64,000 nt of DNA from an uncultured Acidimicrobiaceae bacterium (GTDB lineage: Bacteria; Actinomycetota; Acidimicrobiia; Acidimicrobiales; RAAP-2). Made by a program: the position numbers and the translations under genes. The stretch covers positions 1,896-65,895 of the forward strand of contig CAWHFH010000027.1 of the NCBI GenBank assembly GCA_963828455.1, written 5' to 3'. Below are positions 1 to 9,490 of the stretch, in pieces (position 1 is the first letter of the stretch; each line of letters opens with the position of its first letter). A model generated the notes under the pieces. The model did no database searches and was not told the origin of the DNA. It saw only the letters and a list, made by a program, of their open reading frames with translations.

Positions 1-606
1 TGTCTCGCCGTCGGTAGGGACTTCGCGGGCCTGAGCCTCGAGCGTTCCCCGGACCTCGGCGAAGGTCTCCGCCGGCAGCTGGGCGGTCACCGTCCTGACG
101 GACTCGTTGAACCGCAGGGACCGTGCGTCATGGTCCGCACGGGCTGTCTCGGCTGAGGTCTCTTTTCGGGACCGAGCCAACTGGGCCAGTTCTCGCACCG
201 AGTGCTCCTTGGCCCGATCCCGGAACTCGGCGTCGGACTCGGGCGTCGCCGCGTCAACGACGGCCCGTACCTTGTCGAAACTCAACTCACCGGCCGACAA
301 GGCATCCGTCAGGTGTGGCAGGTCGTAGAGACGACCACCGACGTGGGCGAGCGCCCGGGCCGTTGAAACGGAGACCCCGAGGCGCTCCACCATCCAGCAC
401 TCGAGGGAGGTTGCCCCTTCGTCCCGCCAGCCTTCGCGGCGGTCGAGCTCTCCGCTGAGCAGAACGATGAGGCCCGCCGAGGAGGCCATGTTGCGAGCCG
501 ACTCGGCGGCCAGCCCCATGAGCTCCTCGTTCGACATCTTGGCCAGCTCGCTGAGCCCCAGCGACGAAGCGACTGTGGAGATGGGCGAGGTGTCGACTAC
601 GGGCAC
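1..606 (-). CDS. DUF222-domain protein (13E12 / HNH-endonuclease family), N-terminal part; gene continues past the left edge
   Basis: My own minus-strand translation from GTG 606 (or ATG 537) gives ..LSELAKMSNEELMGLAAESARNMASSAGLIVLLSGELDRREGWRDEGATSLECWMVERLGVSVSTARALAHVGGRLYDLPHLTDALSAGELSFDKVRAV.. This is the typical DUF222 N-terminal region. It is absent from the ORF track because no stop lies inside the window. Confidence 0.6.
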   Translation of the reverse strand, partial: MPVVDTSPISTVASSLGLSELAKMSNEELMGLAAESARNMASSAGLIVLLSGELDRREGWRDEGATSLECWMVERLGVSVSTARALAHVGGRLYDLPHLTDALSAGELSFDKVRAVVDAATPESDAEFRDRAKEHSVRELAQLARSRKETSAETARADHDARSLRFNESVRTVTAQLPAETFAEVRGTLEAQAREVPTDGET

Positions 607-652
607 GCCGGAGAATGGTCGCAGCGAGGGCGGTATACCCGAACTTTCTCGA

Positions 653-1724
653 TCAGCGGCCCGCCGTCCCGAAGACGTCTCGCAGCTCCATCGGCACGGG
701 GGATTCGAGCTGGCCGTAGGTGCAGGAGGAAGGCTCACGATCGGGCCGCCAGCGCAAGAGGGACGTTGCGTGGCGGAAGCGATCGCCCTGAAGGTGGTCG
801 TACGAGACCTCACAGACGGTCTCCGGTCGCAACGGCTCCCAGGTCATGTCCTTGCCGGCGTTCCAGCGATTCATCGCGCCCGGGCGCACGGCCCTCCGCC
901 TGCGCCTCGGCCCAGCCTGCCCAGGGGTGGTCCTTGAGGGCGTTCTTGCGGTAGGGCTTCACCTCGTCTGCTAGCTCGCGCCGACGAGCCACACTGAACC
1001 CCGAGGCGACGCCGACGTGGTGGAGCGTTCCAGCGTCGTCGAAGAGGCCCAGGAGGAGCGATCCGACCCCCTCGCCGTCCTTGTGGGTGCGGAAACCAGC
1101 CACGACACAGTCGGCTGTGCGCTGGTGCTTCACCTTCAGCATGACCCGCTTGTCGGGCAGGTACTGGAGGTCCGCGGCCTTGGCAACCACGCCATCGAGC
1201 CCGGCGCCCTCGAAGCGCGAGAACCAGTCGGATGCCACGTCAGGATCCTGGGTGGCCGGCGTCAGGTGGACCGGCGGCTTGGTCTTCTTCAGCAGCTTCT
1301 CGATCACTTTGCGGCGTTGCCCGTACGGCGTCTCCATGTACGAGGTGTCGTCGTGGGCCAGGAGGTCGAAGGCGACGAAGGACGCCGGCGTCGCCGCCGC
1401 GAGCTGGTTGATCCGCTTCGCGGCCGGGTGGATGCGCTGGGACAGAGCGTCGAAATCGAGCCCCGTCGTCCCGGCGATGACCACCTCACCGTCGAGGACG
1501 ATGCGCTGTGGGAGCTCACGGCGGAGTGCGTCGACGAGCTCGGGAAAGTATCGAGTCAGGGGCTTCTCGTTGCGGCTGCCGAGCTCCACGTCGTCGCCGT
1601 CACGGAACACGATGCAGCGGAACCCGTCCCACTTCGGCTCGTAGTACAAGCCTTTCTCTCGGGGCAGGTCACGGGTGAGCTTGGCCAGCATGGGCGAGAC
1701 CGGGGGCGAGACGGGAAGGTTCAT
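653..1724 (-). CDS. ATP-dependent DNA ligase (stand-alone LigC / LigD-ligase-domain type), interrupted by a 1-nt frameshift near 875-885
   Basis: Adenylation motif EPKWDGFRC plus a nucleotidyltransferase core lie in ORF 810..1982, with likely start ATG 1724 (MNLPVSPPVSPMLAKL). The OB-fold C-terminus (RWNAGKDMTWEPLRPETVCEVSYDHLQGDRFRHATSLLRWRPDREPSSCTYGQL) lies in ORF 653..889, one frame away. The span is 1072 nt = 3n+1. ATGA overlap with the upstream gene's stop. Confidence 0.85.
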
Positions 1725-2752
1725 GCCGCCTCTCCGTGGGACGACGCCCAGGACACAAGACCGTCGGCCGTCGAGCGGTTGACGACGCGGTCGAAGGGAA
1801 CGTCGGCGGCGACCGCGTTCCGGCAGCCGCGTCCGAGCCATTCCAGCTGGCCGGGAGCATGCGCATCGGTGTCGACGGCGAAGGAGCATCCGAGCTCGAC
1901 GGCGAGCCGCAGCAGGTCCTCGGGAGGATCCTGGCGTTCGGGGCGGGAGTTGATCTCGACCGCGGTACCGGTGCTGGCGCACGCAGAGAAGACGGCCTCG
2001 GCGTCGAACGTTGACTGCGGCCGGCCGCGCCCCACGATGATGCGCCCCGTGCAGTGCCCGAGGATGTCCGTGTGCGGGCTCTCGATCGCCGCCACCATGC
2101 GCTCCGTCATCTGCCTCGCATCCATCCGCAGCTTGGAGTGGACGCTGGCTACGACGACGTCGAGTTGGCCGAGGAGATCGAGGTCCAGGTCGAGAGAGCC
2201 GTCCTCGAGGATGTCGACTTCCATGCCGGTCAGGATGCGGAAGGGGGCGAGCTGTACGTTGAGGTCGTCGACGAGGTCGAGCTGTTCGGCGAGTCGCTCC
2301 TCGTTGAGCCCGTGCGCGACGGTGAGCCGGGCGCTGTGGTCGGTCAGGACGAGGTACTCGCGGCCCAGGTCGCGGGCCGCCTCGGCCATCTCGAGGATGG
2401 GGCTGCCGCCGTCAGACCAGTCGGAGTGGGAGTGGCAGTCGCCCCGGAGGGACTCGAGCAGCTCGGCCGCGGCGCCTTCGAGTACCAGGTCGTCCTTCGT
2501 GAGCTCCTTGTCGATCTTGGTCAGGTAGGCGGGCACCTTGCCGTCGAGCGCCTCGGCGATCACCTGCGCCGTCGACTTGCCCACGCCTTCGATTGACTGC
2601 AAGCGACCTGTTTGCGCCAGTGCCGCCACCTCGTCGTCCGGCATGTCCTTGATCGCCCGAGCGGCACCGCGGAACGCTCGTACCTTGTAGGTGTCCGCGC
2701 CGTTGCGTTCGAGGCGGAACGCGATCTGGTTCAGCGCGTCGAGTGGTTTCAC
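1721..2752 (-). CDS. HhH + PHP-domain phosphoesterase (PolX C-terminal-like, no polymerase domain)
   Basis: Helix-hairpin-helix region (RLQSIEGVGKSTAQVIAE) followed by PHP His/Asp motifs (GDCHSHSDWSDG, LVLTDHS, VASVHS, ILGHCTGR, FAVDTDAH). GTG 2752 (VKPLDALNQIAF) is preferred because the longer ORF start is R/S-rich and overlaps the next gene. Confidence 0.75.
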   Translation of the reverse strand: MKPLDALNQIAFRLERNGADTYKVRAFRGAARAIKDMPDDEVAALAQTGRLQSIEGVGKSTAQVIAEALDGKVPAYLTKIDKELTKDDLVLEGAAAELLESLRGDCHSHSDWSDGGSPILEMAEAARDLGREYLVLTDHSARLTVAHGLNEERLAEQLDLVDDLNVQLAPFRILTGMEVDILEDGSLDLDLDLLGQLDVVVASVHSKLRMDARQMTERMVAAIESPHTDILGHCTGRIIVGRGRPQSTFDAEAVFSACASTGTAVEINSRPERQDPPEDLLRLAVELGCSFAVDTDAHAPGQLEWLGRGCRNAVAADVPFDRVVNRSTADGLVSWASSHGEAA

Positions 2753-2759
2753 CGTGGTC

Positions 2760-3824
2760 CTACGCCTTCTCTCTCTTGGGCTGCTTCGACTGCTTGGGCT
2801 GCTTCGGTTCGCTCGGCTCCTTCTTCGCCCGGCTCGGAGCGACACGAGGCGGCTCGTCGGGCATCTTGGGGTACTGCGGCGGCCACGGTGCGTCGTGCAA
2901 CCCCGCCTTCTTGTCTTGCTCCGCCATGGCGAGGAGCGGTTCGATCGACTGGGGCGCGGCTGCGATGTCCGCCCACGGGTCGCCGCGCCCGGCCACCAAC
3001 TCCGGCACGGACCGGATGGTCAGCTCGTCGGGCACCACCGTCTCGACCTCGTCCCACGCGAGGGGCGTGGACACCTGCCCCCCCACACGCGGCCGGGCGA
3101 ACCAAGCCCCGAAGACGGTCTTGTGCGGCGCGTTCTGGTTGAAGTCGACGAAGACACGCGTGCCGCGTTCCTCCTTCCACCATCTGGCAGTGATCTCGTC
3201 GGGGTGTCGGCGCTCCAGCTCTCGGGCGAGGGCGACGGCGGCGGCCCGCACGGCGATCGAATCCCAGCGAGGCTCGAGCCGGAGGTAGACGTGCAGGCCG
3301 TTGTTTCCCGTCGTCTTCGGGTAGCTGCGCAGGCCCAGCTCGTCGAGGAGGTCCCGGCACCTCAGCGCGGCGCCCCGGACCTCCTCGAAGCCGATGCCCT
3401 TGACGGGGTCGAGGTCGATGCGCAGCTCGTCGGCGTGGTGCGGGTCGGCGGCCAGATACGGCCACAGGTGGAGCCCGAGGCAGCCGAAGTTGACGGCCCA
3501 CACGACATGGGAGATGTCCGCGACGACCAGCGCGTTGGACGTGGTGCCGTTGGGCGTCGAGACGATCGTCGATTCCAGCCAGTCCGGAGCGCCCGCCGGG
3601 ATCCGCTTCTGGAAGAAGGACTTGCCGGCGGCCCCGTCGGGAAAACGTTGCAGGAGCGCCGGCCGGCCTCCGGCCGTGTTGAGGAGATGCTGGCCGATAT
3701 CGAGGTAGTACGACACCAGGTCGGACTTCGTCGCTTCGATGGCAGGGAAGTACACCTTGTCCGGCCGGCTGACACGGACCTCGCGCCCGTCGACCTCCAC
3801 GATGCGCTCGTCGTCCGCCGGCAC
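2760..3824 (-). CDS. LigD-type NHEJ primase-polymerase domain protein (PolDom)
   Basis: Supporting segments: VDGREVRVSRPDKVYFPAIEATKSDLVSYY, FFQKR, HLWPY, RIDLDP, KTTGNNGLHVYL, VFVDFNQN. Lys/Pro-rich C-terminal tail. The start is either GTG 3824 or the ORF-track TTG 3926. Confidence 0.85.
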   Translation of the reverse strand: MPADDERIVEVDGREVRVSRPDKVYFPAIEATKSDLVSYYLDIGQHLLNTAGGRPALLQRFPDGAAGKSFFQKRIPAGAPDWLESTIVSTPNGTTSNALVVADISHVVWAVNFGCLGLHLWPYLAADPHHADELRIDLDPVKGIGFEEVRGAALRCRDLLDELGLRSYPKTTGNNGLHVYLRLEPRWDSIAVRAAAVALARELERRHPDEITARWWKEERGTRVFVDFNQNAPHKTVFGAWFARPRVGGQVSTPLAWDEVETVVPDELTIRSVPELVAGRGDPWADIAAAPQSIEPLLAMAEQDKKAGLHDAPWPPQYPKMPDEPPRVAPSRAKKEPSEPKQPKQSKQPKREKA

Positions 3825-4265
3825 ACCGTCGACTCTAGCGACGGGGACGTCCGTTGGTCCGGGGCACGCATCGGATCGCGCCTGGTGGCAACGGGTACGA
3901 ATGCTTAGGTCGTCGACCCCGAGCAAGCGACGACGAGGCGACGGGTCCGACAGAGAAGGGTCGATCGAGCGTGTCGCAGAGCCTTGCTTCGGAGGGCCGT
4001 CGCACGTCAGCCCCCGAGCCAGGCTTCGTCAGCAGGTGTCGCTGCGGTGTCTTCCGCCCGAAGCCTGCCCCGGGGCTGTACGAGGTCGGCCGGCCGGCAG
4101 GCTGCCAGACCTGCCCGCCGGCGCAGTCCTTGCCAAGGGCCCGCGTGAAAGGTGGTCTGCGTGTGAGACCATGCAACGATCGTGACCTCGGGTAGTGGCC
4201 GCCGATAGGCACAAGGACCCCTCCTTGGGCGCAATTTCACCGCCGCGTCACGCGCCCTGACCTCG

Positions 4266-5118
4266 TCAGATGAAGTCGGCCAGCCCCTCCCAGCCCCGGG
4301 GCGGTGGGGCCAGGCGCCAGAACTGTTCGGGCACCCGGCCCTCCATGCGCGGCAGTCAAGGCGTGGTCCCGTTCGAGCGGCGCGATCTGCGAGGCGTAGC
4401 ACCAGATGGCCCGCCGCTTGCGCTCCTCGTCGGGCACGTGGGGCACGATCGCCGGCGTCGCCCACAGCGGCGAACGGAGGAGTTTGGCCACCCGCCAGGC
4501 GAGCAGGCCGGGCAGGTGCTTGTAGCCGTGGTCCTCGTAACAGAACCACGTGCGCTCAGGCTGCTGCGCCTGGACCAACAGGCACGCGTCGTGAGTCATG
4601 TCGTGATCCGGGTTGGCCAGGCCCATGGGGAAGAAGACCGCGGTGGGATCGATCTCGGCGATGACGGCGCCGAGCACCGGCGCCACGACGGAAGCCGCCG
4701 GACGTTCGCCCACCGGCAGGTACTGGTGGTCCGGGAAGTCGAGCCAGCGATAGGAAGACTCCAAGACGGCCATCGCCGCGACGTCCTCCTCCCGTCGCAC
4801 CGCCACGATGTCGTCGCCGGCCACGAAGCCGCCGAGCGCGTCCCATTCCGTCGGCTCGGCTGGATAGGCCGGCGGCCGGCCGCCCAGCACCGTGATCACG
4901 GTCGTGTCGTCGTAGGTGGCGATGAGATGCCCAGCGCCCATCGCCGCGTCGTCGAAGTGCGGCGACACCACGACGATCCGGGCGAACACGCCTGCGTCGA
5001 CCTCGCCCCAGGTCGGCTCCCCGAACGCCCCCCCGGCTCCAGCTCCAGCTTCGTACTCTGTCCCCACGTCGGTCATAGGCGTCGGATCATACGGGGAGGT
5101 CGTCGACGTCGACGTCAT
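4266..5118 (-). CDS. PIG-L / LmbE-family deacetylase; the C-terminus continues in another frame (frameshift about 4345-4365)
   Basis: VVVSPHFDDAAMGAGHLI (PIG-L motif), HPDH-like NPDHDMTH, YASQ. After ..ERDHALT the natural-looking end LPRMEGRVPEQFWRLAPPPRGWEGLADFI* is in a different frame, with stop at 4266-4268. The span is 853 nt = 3n+1. An alternative start is ATG 5076. Confidence 0.7.
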
Positions 5119-6343
5119 CAGCGATGGCGAGGTGGCGCCGGAACGTCGGCATGAGTGCGCCGATCACCGCCGCGCCCGCGATGCACGCCAGGCCGCCCGA
5201 CACCACGGCGAATTCCACCGAGGTCGCCGTCGCCACAGCACCCGACTCCAAGTCGCCCAGCCGGGGCCCGCCCTGCACGACGGCCATCTGTATTGACGAC
5301 ATCCGGCTCCGGAAGCGTTCTGGGATCGACGTCTGCAAGATCGTGTTGCGTACCACCGCCGAGATCACGTCCGCCCACCCGGCGACTGCCAGCAGCGCGA
5401 GTGCGAACCACAACGTATCGACGAACCCGAACAGGGTGATCGCCACGCCCCAGATCACCACCGCGATGATCACCGTCCAGCCCTGCCGGCGCAGGTGGGC
5501 GACCCATCCCGTCGTGAGGGCGCCCACGAAAGCACCGACCCCGGGCGCGGCGTACAGGAACCCCAACGTAATGGTCCCCCCGTGGAAGATCGTCTCGGCC
5601 ATGGCGGGGAACAGCGCACGCGGCATGCCGAACACCATCGCGTTGATGTCGATCACGTAGACGCCCTGCAGCGCCTGCCGGGTCCGCAGGTAGCGCAGCC
5701 CCTCCTTGGTCGACTGCCAGACCGAGAGCCCGCCCGCGTTGTCGGCCGGCGGGACGGGGTGCAACATGACCGCTGTCGCCACGGCGGCAACGAAGGACAA
5801 GCTGTCGAGCGCGTAGACGAGGGGCAGCCCGATCGCCAGCAGGATCCCCGACAGTGCTGGCCCGATGATCGTCCCCAACTGGAACTCGATCTGCATCATC
5901 GCGAGCGCAGCCGACATCTGCGGCTTCGCCACCATTCCCGGGACCGAGGCCATGCGCGCCGTGCTGGAGAAGCCGTAGAAACCCGAGGCCAGCGCGCTGA
6001 TGACGTACAGCGCGACGAGGGACGGGTGCGCCACCGCCGCGTTGATTGCCATCGCCCCACTGGTCATCGCCAGCACGACGCCGGTCCAGATCATCATCGG
6101 CCGGCGGTCCATTGTGTCGCCGATGGGACCGGCCGCCAACGCGCCGGCGAGGAACGGGAACAGCTGCGCCAAGGAGATCGCACCCACCTGCAACGACGAG
6201 TGGGTCATCGAATAGACCTGATAGGGGATCGCCACCACCGTGAGCTGCGTCCCCAACATGGAGACCAGCTGCCCTATGAAGAGCAGTCGAAAGTCGCGGC
6301 TCTCCCGAAGGGGCGTCGTATCGACGAGGATCCGCCCCGGCAT
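5087..6343 (-). CDS. MFS transporter (EntS/DHA3-like)
   Basis: 418-aa ORF with about 12 hydrophobic segments. The N-terminus RDFRLLFIGQLVSMLGTQLTVVAIPYQVY is typical of this MFS subfamily. Confidence 0.85.
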   Translation of the reverse strand: MPGRILVDTTPLRESRDFRLLFIGQLVSMLGTQLTVVAIPYQVYSMTHSSLQVGAISLAQLFPFLAGALAAGPIGDTMDRRPMMIWTGVVLAMTSGAMAINAAVAHPSLVALYVISALASGFYGFSSTARMASVPGMVAKPQMSAALAMMQIEFQLGTIIGPALSGILLAIGLPLVYALDSLSFVAAVATAVMLHPVPPADNAGGLSVWQSTKEGLRYLRTRQALQGVYVIDINAMVFGMPRALFPAMAETIFHGGTITLGFLYAAPGVGAFVGALTTGWVAHLRRQGWTVIIAVVIWGVAITLFGFVDTLWFALALLAVAGWADVISAVVRNTILQTSIPERFRSRMSSIQMAVVQGGPRLGDLESGAVATATSVEFAVVSGGLACIAGAAVIGALMPTFRRHLAIADDVDVDDLPV

Positions 6344-6372
6344 CCCCCAAGCCTAGGTACGTATACGAACCC

Positions 6373-7209
6373 TCAGCGGGCGGCCCGGCCGAAGTCCCGC
6401 AGCTTGATGTCCCAGGCCGCCGGCCAGTCCCGGGTCCGCAACAACGCATCGCTGCCGCCGTCGCAGAAGATGACCGAGCCGCAGAAGAACGTGCTGTCCG
6501 GTCCGACCAAGAACTCGACCAGCGCGGCGATCTCCTCGGGCCGTCCCGGCCGCCCGAGCGGTATGGGCAGCATGTCGAGCATCGCCCCGGTGCGCTCGTC
6601 GGCCCGCATGGCGGCGACCATCGGCGTGTCGATCATCCCCGGGGCGACGGCGTTGAGCCGAAGCCCGGCGCCGGCCCACTCGGGCCCCGTGGCGTGCGCC
6701 CGGACCCAGTGCGCGACGGCGATCTTGGACGCGGCGTAAGCGGCGATCGACGTGTCCTCGTCGGCCACCGCGCCGGACCGGTCCTCGTCGCCGGCGAGGC
6801 AAGCCTCGATCACGGCGAGCGGGATGTCGGGCTGCACCGTTGTCGAGTTCGAGCTGATCGCAACGGCGGCGCCCCCGGGGGCGAGCAACGGTCGCAGGCC
6901 CTCGAGCAGCTCGACCGTGCCGAAGTAGTTCACCGACGTCAACAGCGAGCCCTTCCTGTCCGGCGACCCCGCCAGCCCGGCGCACGTCACGACGGCGGCC
7001 AGGGCCCCGTCCGCCAGACCCGTTGCCTCGTCCACGGCGCGCCGGCGTTCGCCGGGGGAGGACAGGTCGGCGGTGACGGCGACGTCGGTGTCCGGCCGGT
7101 CGATGCCGATGACGCGGAAGCCCGCCGCCCCGAGTCTGGCGGTGGTGGCGCGGCCGATGCCCGAAGCCGCGCCCGTGACAACGGCGTTCTTGGTAGGGGC
7201 GTCAGGCAG
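6373..7209 (-). CDS. SDR-family oxidoreductase; start codon unresolved
   Basis: The ORF-track start (GTG 7035) cuts off the Rossmann motif. The in-frame upstream translation reads LPDAPTKNAVVTGAASGIGRATTARLGAAGFRVIGIDR. No ATG/GTG/TTG lies between the stop at 7255-7257 and 7035; only CTG 7209 is present. Confidence 0.7.
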   Translation of the reverse strand: MPDAPTKNAVVTGAASGIGRATTARLGAAGFRVIGIDRPDTDVAVTADLSSPGERRRAVDEATGLADGALAAVVTCAGLAGSPDRKGSLLTSVNYFGTVELLEGLRPLLAPGGAAVAISSNSTTVQPDIPLAVIEACLAGDEDRSGAVADEDTSIAAYAASKIAVAHWVRAHATGPEWAGAGLRLNAVAPGMIDTPMVAAMRADERTGAMLDMLPIPLGRPGRPEEIAALVEFLVGPDSTFFCGSVIFCDGGSDALLRTRDWPAAWDIKLRDFGRAAR

Positions 7210-7660
7210 CGCGTCGGGCCTTGAGGACGGCGAGGGCTTTGTCGGCGTGCGAGTTCATCGAGATTTCGCTGTGGATGACGTCGAGGATGGTCCTGTCGGT
7301 GTCGATCACGAACGTCGTGCGTTTGTTGGGGCCGAAGCCGCGCTTGGCGCCGAGCTCGGCGGCGACCGTGCGGTCGGGGTCAGAGAGGAGGGGCAGGCCC
7401 AGCGACTCCTTCTCGTCGAACTGCTTCTGCTTCTCGACCTTGTCCGAGCTGATGCCGACGGGTTGCGCGCCCAGCGCGCCGAACTCGGCCTTGAGGTCGC
7501 GGAAGTGACAGCTCTCCTTCGTGCAGCCGTACGTCATGGCCGCCGGGTAGAAGAACAGCACGACGGGCCCGTTGGCGAGGAAGTCGCTCAGCTTGCGGGG
7601 CGTGCCCGTCTGGTCGGGGAGCTCGAAGTCGGGGACGGTCTCGCCGGTGCGCAATGCCAT
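7202..7660 (-). CDS. bcp: Thiol peroxidase / peroxiredoxin Bcp
   Basis: MALRTGETVPDFELPDQTG..VVLFFYPAAMTYGCTKESCHFRD (peroxiredoxin PxxxTxxC-type motif). 153 aa counted from ATG 7660. Confidence 0.85.
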   Translation of the reverse strand: MALRTGETVPDFELPDQTGTPRKLSDFLANGPVVLFFYPAAMTYGCTKESCHFRDLKAEFGALGAQPVGISSDKVEKQKQFDEKESLGLPLLSDPDRTVAAELGAKRGFGPNKRTTFVIDTDRTILDVIHSEISMNSHADKALAVLKARRAA

Positions 7661-7734
7661 AGCGCTCAATGTACGGCGTGGGGCGGCCGCGTGCCCGGGC
7701 GGACCGAGGGGCTCGTCGGGCCGGCGGGCGGTGG

Positions 7735-8481
7735 TCAGGCCTCGAAGCGGAAGCCGACGCCCCGGACCGTGACGAGGTGGCGGGGGTTGGCGGGGTCGGG
7801 TTCGATCTTGCGGCGGAGGCGCTTGATGTGCGTATCCAGGGTCCGGGTGTCGGTCAGCTCCTGGTCCCACCAGAGCCGGTCGATGCACCAGTCCCGGGTG
7901 ACGACCTGGCCGCTGTGCGACATGAGGAGCGCGAGGAGGTCGAACTCCTTGCGGGACAGGTCCACGGAGCGCTCGTCGACGGTGACCTCGCGGCGGCCCG
8001 CATCGAGGCGGACGGGCCCGACGGTGAGGACCTCCCCGTGATGTTCGGCCACGTCGACGCCCCGTCTGAGGACCGCTCGCATGCGCGCCACGAGTTCGCG
8101 GAGGCGGAAGGGCTTCGCGACGTAGTCGGACGCGCCGAGCTCGAGGCCGAGGACGATGTCGACCTCGGAGTCCCGGGCCGTGACCATGATGATCGGCACC
8201 GGCTTGAGGGCGCGCATCTGCTGGCAGATCTCGATGCCGGACTGGTCGGGGAGCATGACGTCGAGCAGGACGAGGTCCGGGTGGACCCGGTGGAAGAGGC
8301 GCAGCGCCTCGTGGCCGTCGCCGGCCGCCTCGACGGCGAAACCCTCACGGGTCAGGCCCGAGGCGAGGGCTTGTCTATACGACTCCTCGTCGTCGACGAC
8401 GAGGACGAGGGGCCGGTTGTCCCGGGCTGGCGCTTGGGTCGGTGACCGCCCCGAGATCGCCGCAACGTTTGCGATCGCCAC
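7735..8481 (-). CDS. OmpR/PhoB-family response regulator
   Basis: REC domain (LVLVVDDE..DLVLLDVMLPD..MVTA..KPF) followed by a winged-helix domain (LSRKEFDLLALLM..VRGVGFRF). Confidence 0.9.
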   Translation of the reverse strand: MAIANVAAISGRSPTQAPARDNRPLVLVVDDEESYRQALASGLTREGFAVEAAGDGHEALRLFHRVHPDLVLLDVMLPDQSGIEICQQMRALKPVPIIMVTARDSEVDIVLGLELGASDYVAKPFRLRELVARMRAVLRRGVDVAEHHGEVLTVGPVRLDAGRREVTVDERSVDLSRKEFDLLALLMSHSGQVVTRDWCIDRLWWDQELTDTRTLDTHIKRLRRKIEPDPANPRHLVTVRGVGFRFEA

Positions 8482-8933
8482 GTCGTCAGGCTGCGTCGTT
8501 CGGCGCCGGTCGAGGTGGAAGAGGGTGTGCGGTGGAGCGAGGGGCAGGCGACGGCGGCCGATGGGGGGTAGATCGCACCGACGTCGCCTGGGCGCGCGAG
8601 GAGGCGAAGCCCCGCGCCATGGTGACCAACGACCCGAGGACCCCGGGGCGGTGTGAGCGTACGGGCTCCGTCCGGATCGAGATGACCTCGGCCAGGTTGT
8701 CCCGGCCGTGACGGCGTCCGGTGTCGGGACCGGAACGGGAGTCCCTGCCGGCGTGGCCCATGTGCCGTTCCACGGTCGCCATCGGGGGTCACGCTAGAAA
8801 GCCGAGGTGAACTGCCTGTGAAAGCGTTGCAACCGGAAAGTGTTCTAACGATGAACTCTTTTGTTTGCGTTCCCGGCGACAGCAGTACGCTCCCGGGACA
8901 GTTCCGGCCACCTGGATGTGGGAGGTAGCACCG

Positions 8934-9440
8934 ATGACCGAGGCCATGGGCCACGGGGTGAACCAGCGCAAGGCGATCCAGATGACGCCCGACGAGGTGG
9001 AGGCGTTCTTGGCCGAGCGACGGCCGATGACGATGTGCTCCATCGGGCCCGATGGCTCCATCCACGCCGTGGCCATGTGGTACGGCTTCATGGAGGGCGC
9101 GATCGCCGTCGAGACGAAGACCAAGTCGCAGAAAGTGCAGAACCTGCGCCGCGACCCTCGCCTGACGCTGTTGTTCGAGGACGGGGACTACTACGACGAG
9201 CTACGCGGCGTGGAGCTCGTCGGCAAGGCGGAGATCATCGACGACCCCGAGCGGTTGTGGCCGCTCGGGGTCAGCGTCTTCGAGCGCTACTACGGCGAGT
9301 TCACCGACGACCTCAAGCCGTTCGTGGAGACGATGCTCAACAAGCGGGTCGCCATAAAGATGCACGTCGATCGCACCGTGAGCTGGGACCACCGCAAGCT
9401 GGGTCTGCCGGCGACGCGGCCCGCCGCCGGCACCTCGTAA
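8934..9440 (+). CDS. Pyridoxamine 5'-phosphate oxidase family protein (PPOX-class, F420/FMN-dependent type)
   Basis: MTPDEVEAFLAERRPMTMCSIGPDGSIHAVAMWYGFMEGAIAVETKTKSQKVQNLRRDPRLTLLFE. GGAGG lies 8 nt upstream of ATG 8934. Confidence 0.75.
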   Translation: MTEAMGHGVNQRKAIQMTPDEVEAFLAERRPMTMCSIGPDGSIHAVAMWYGFMEGAIAVETKTKSQKVQNLRRDPRLTLLFEDGDYYDELRGVELVGKAEIIDDPERLWPLGVSVFERYYGEFTDDLKPFVETMLNKRVAIKMHVDRTVSWDHRKLGLPATRPAAGTS

Positions 9441-9490
9441 GACGAGGTGAAATTCGCGACGACGCAGGTCGCGTCCCGCCGTCCCGGGCC

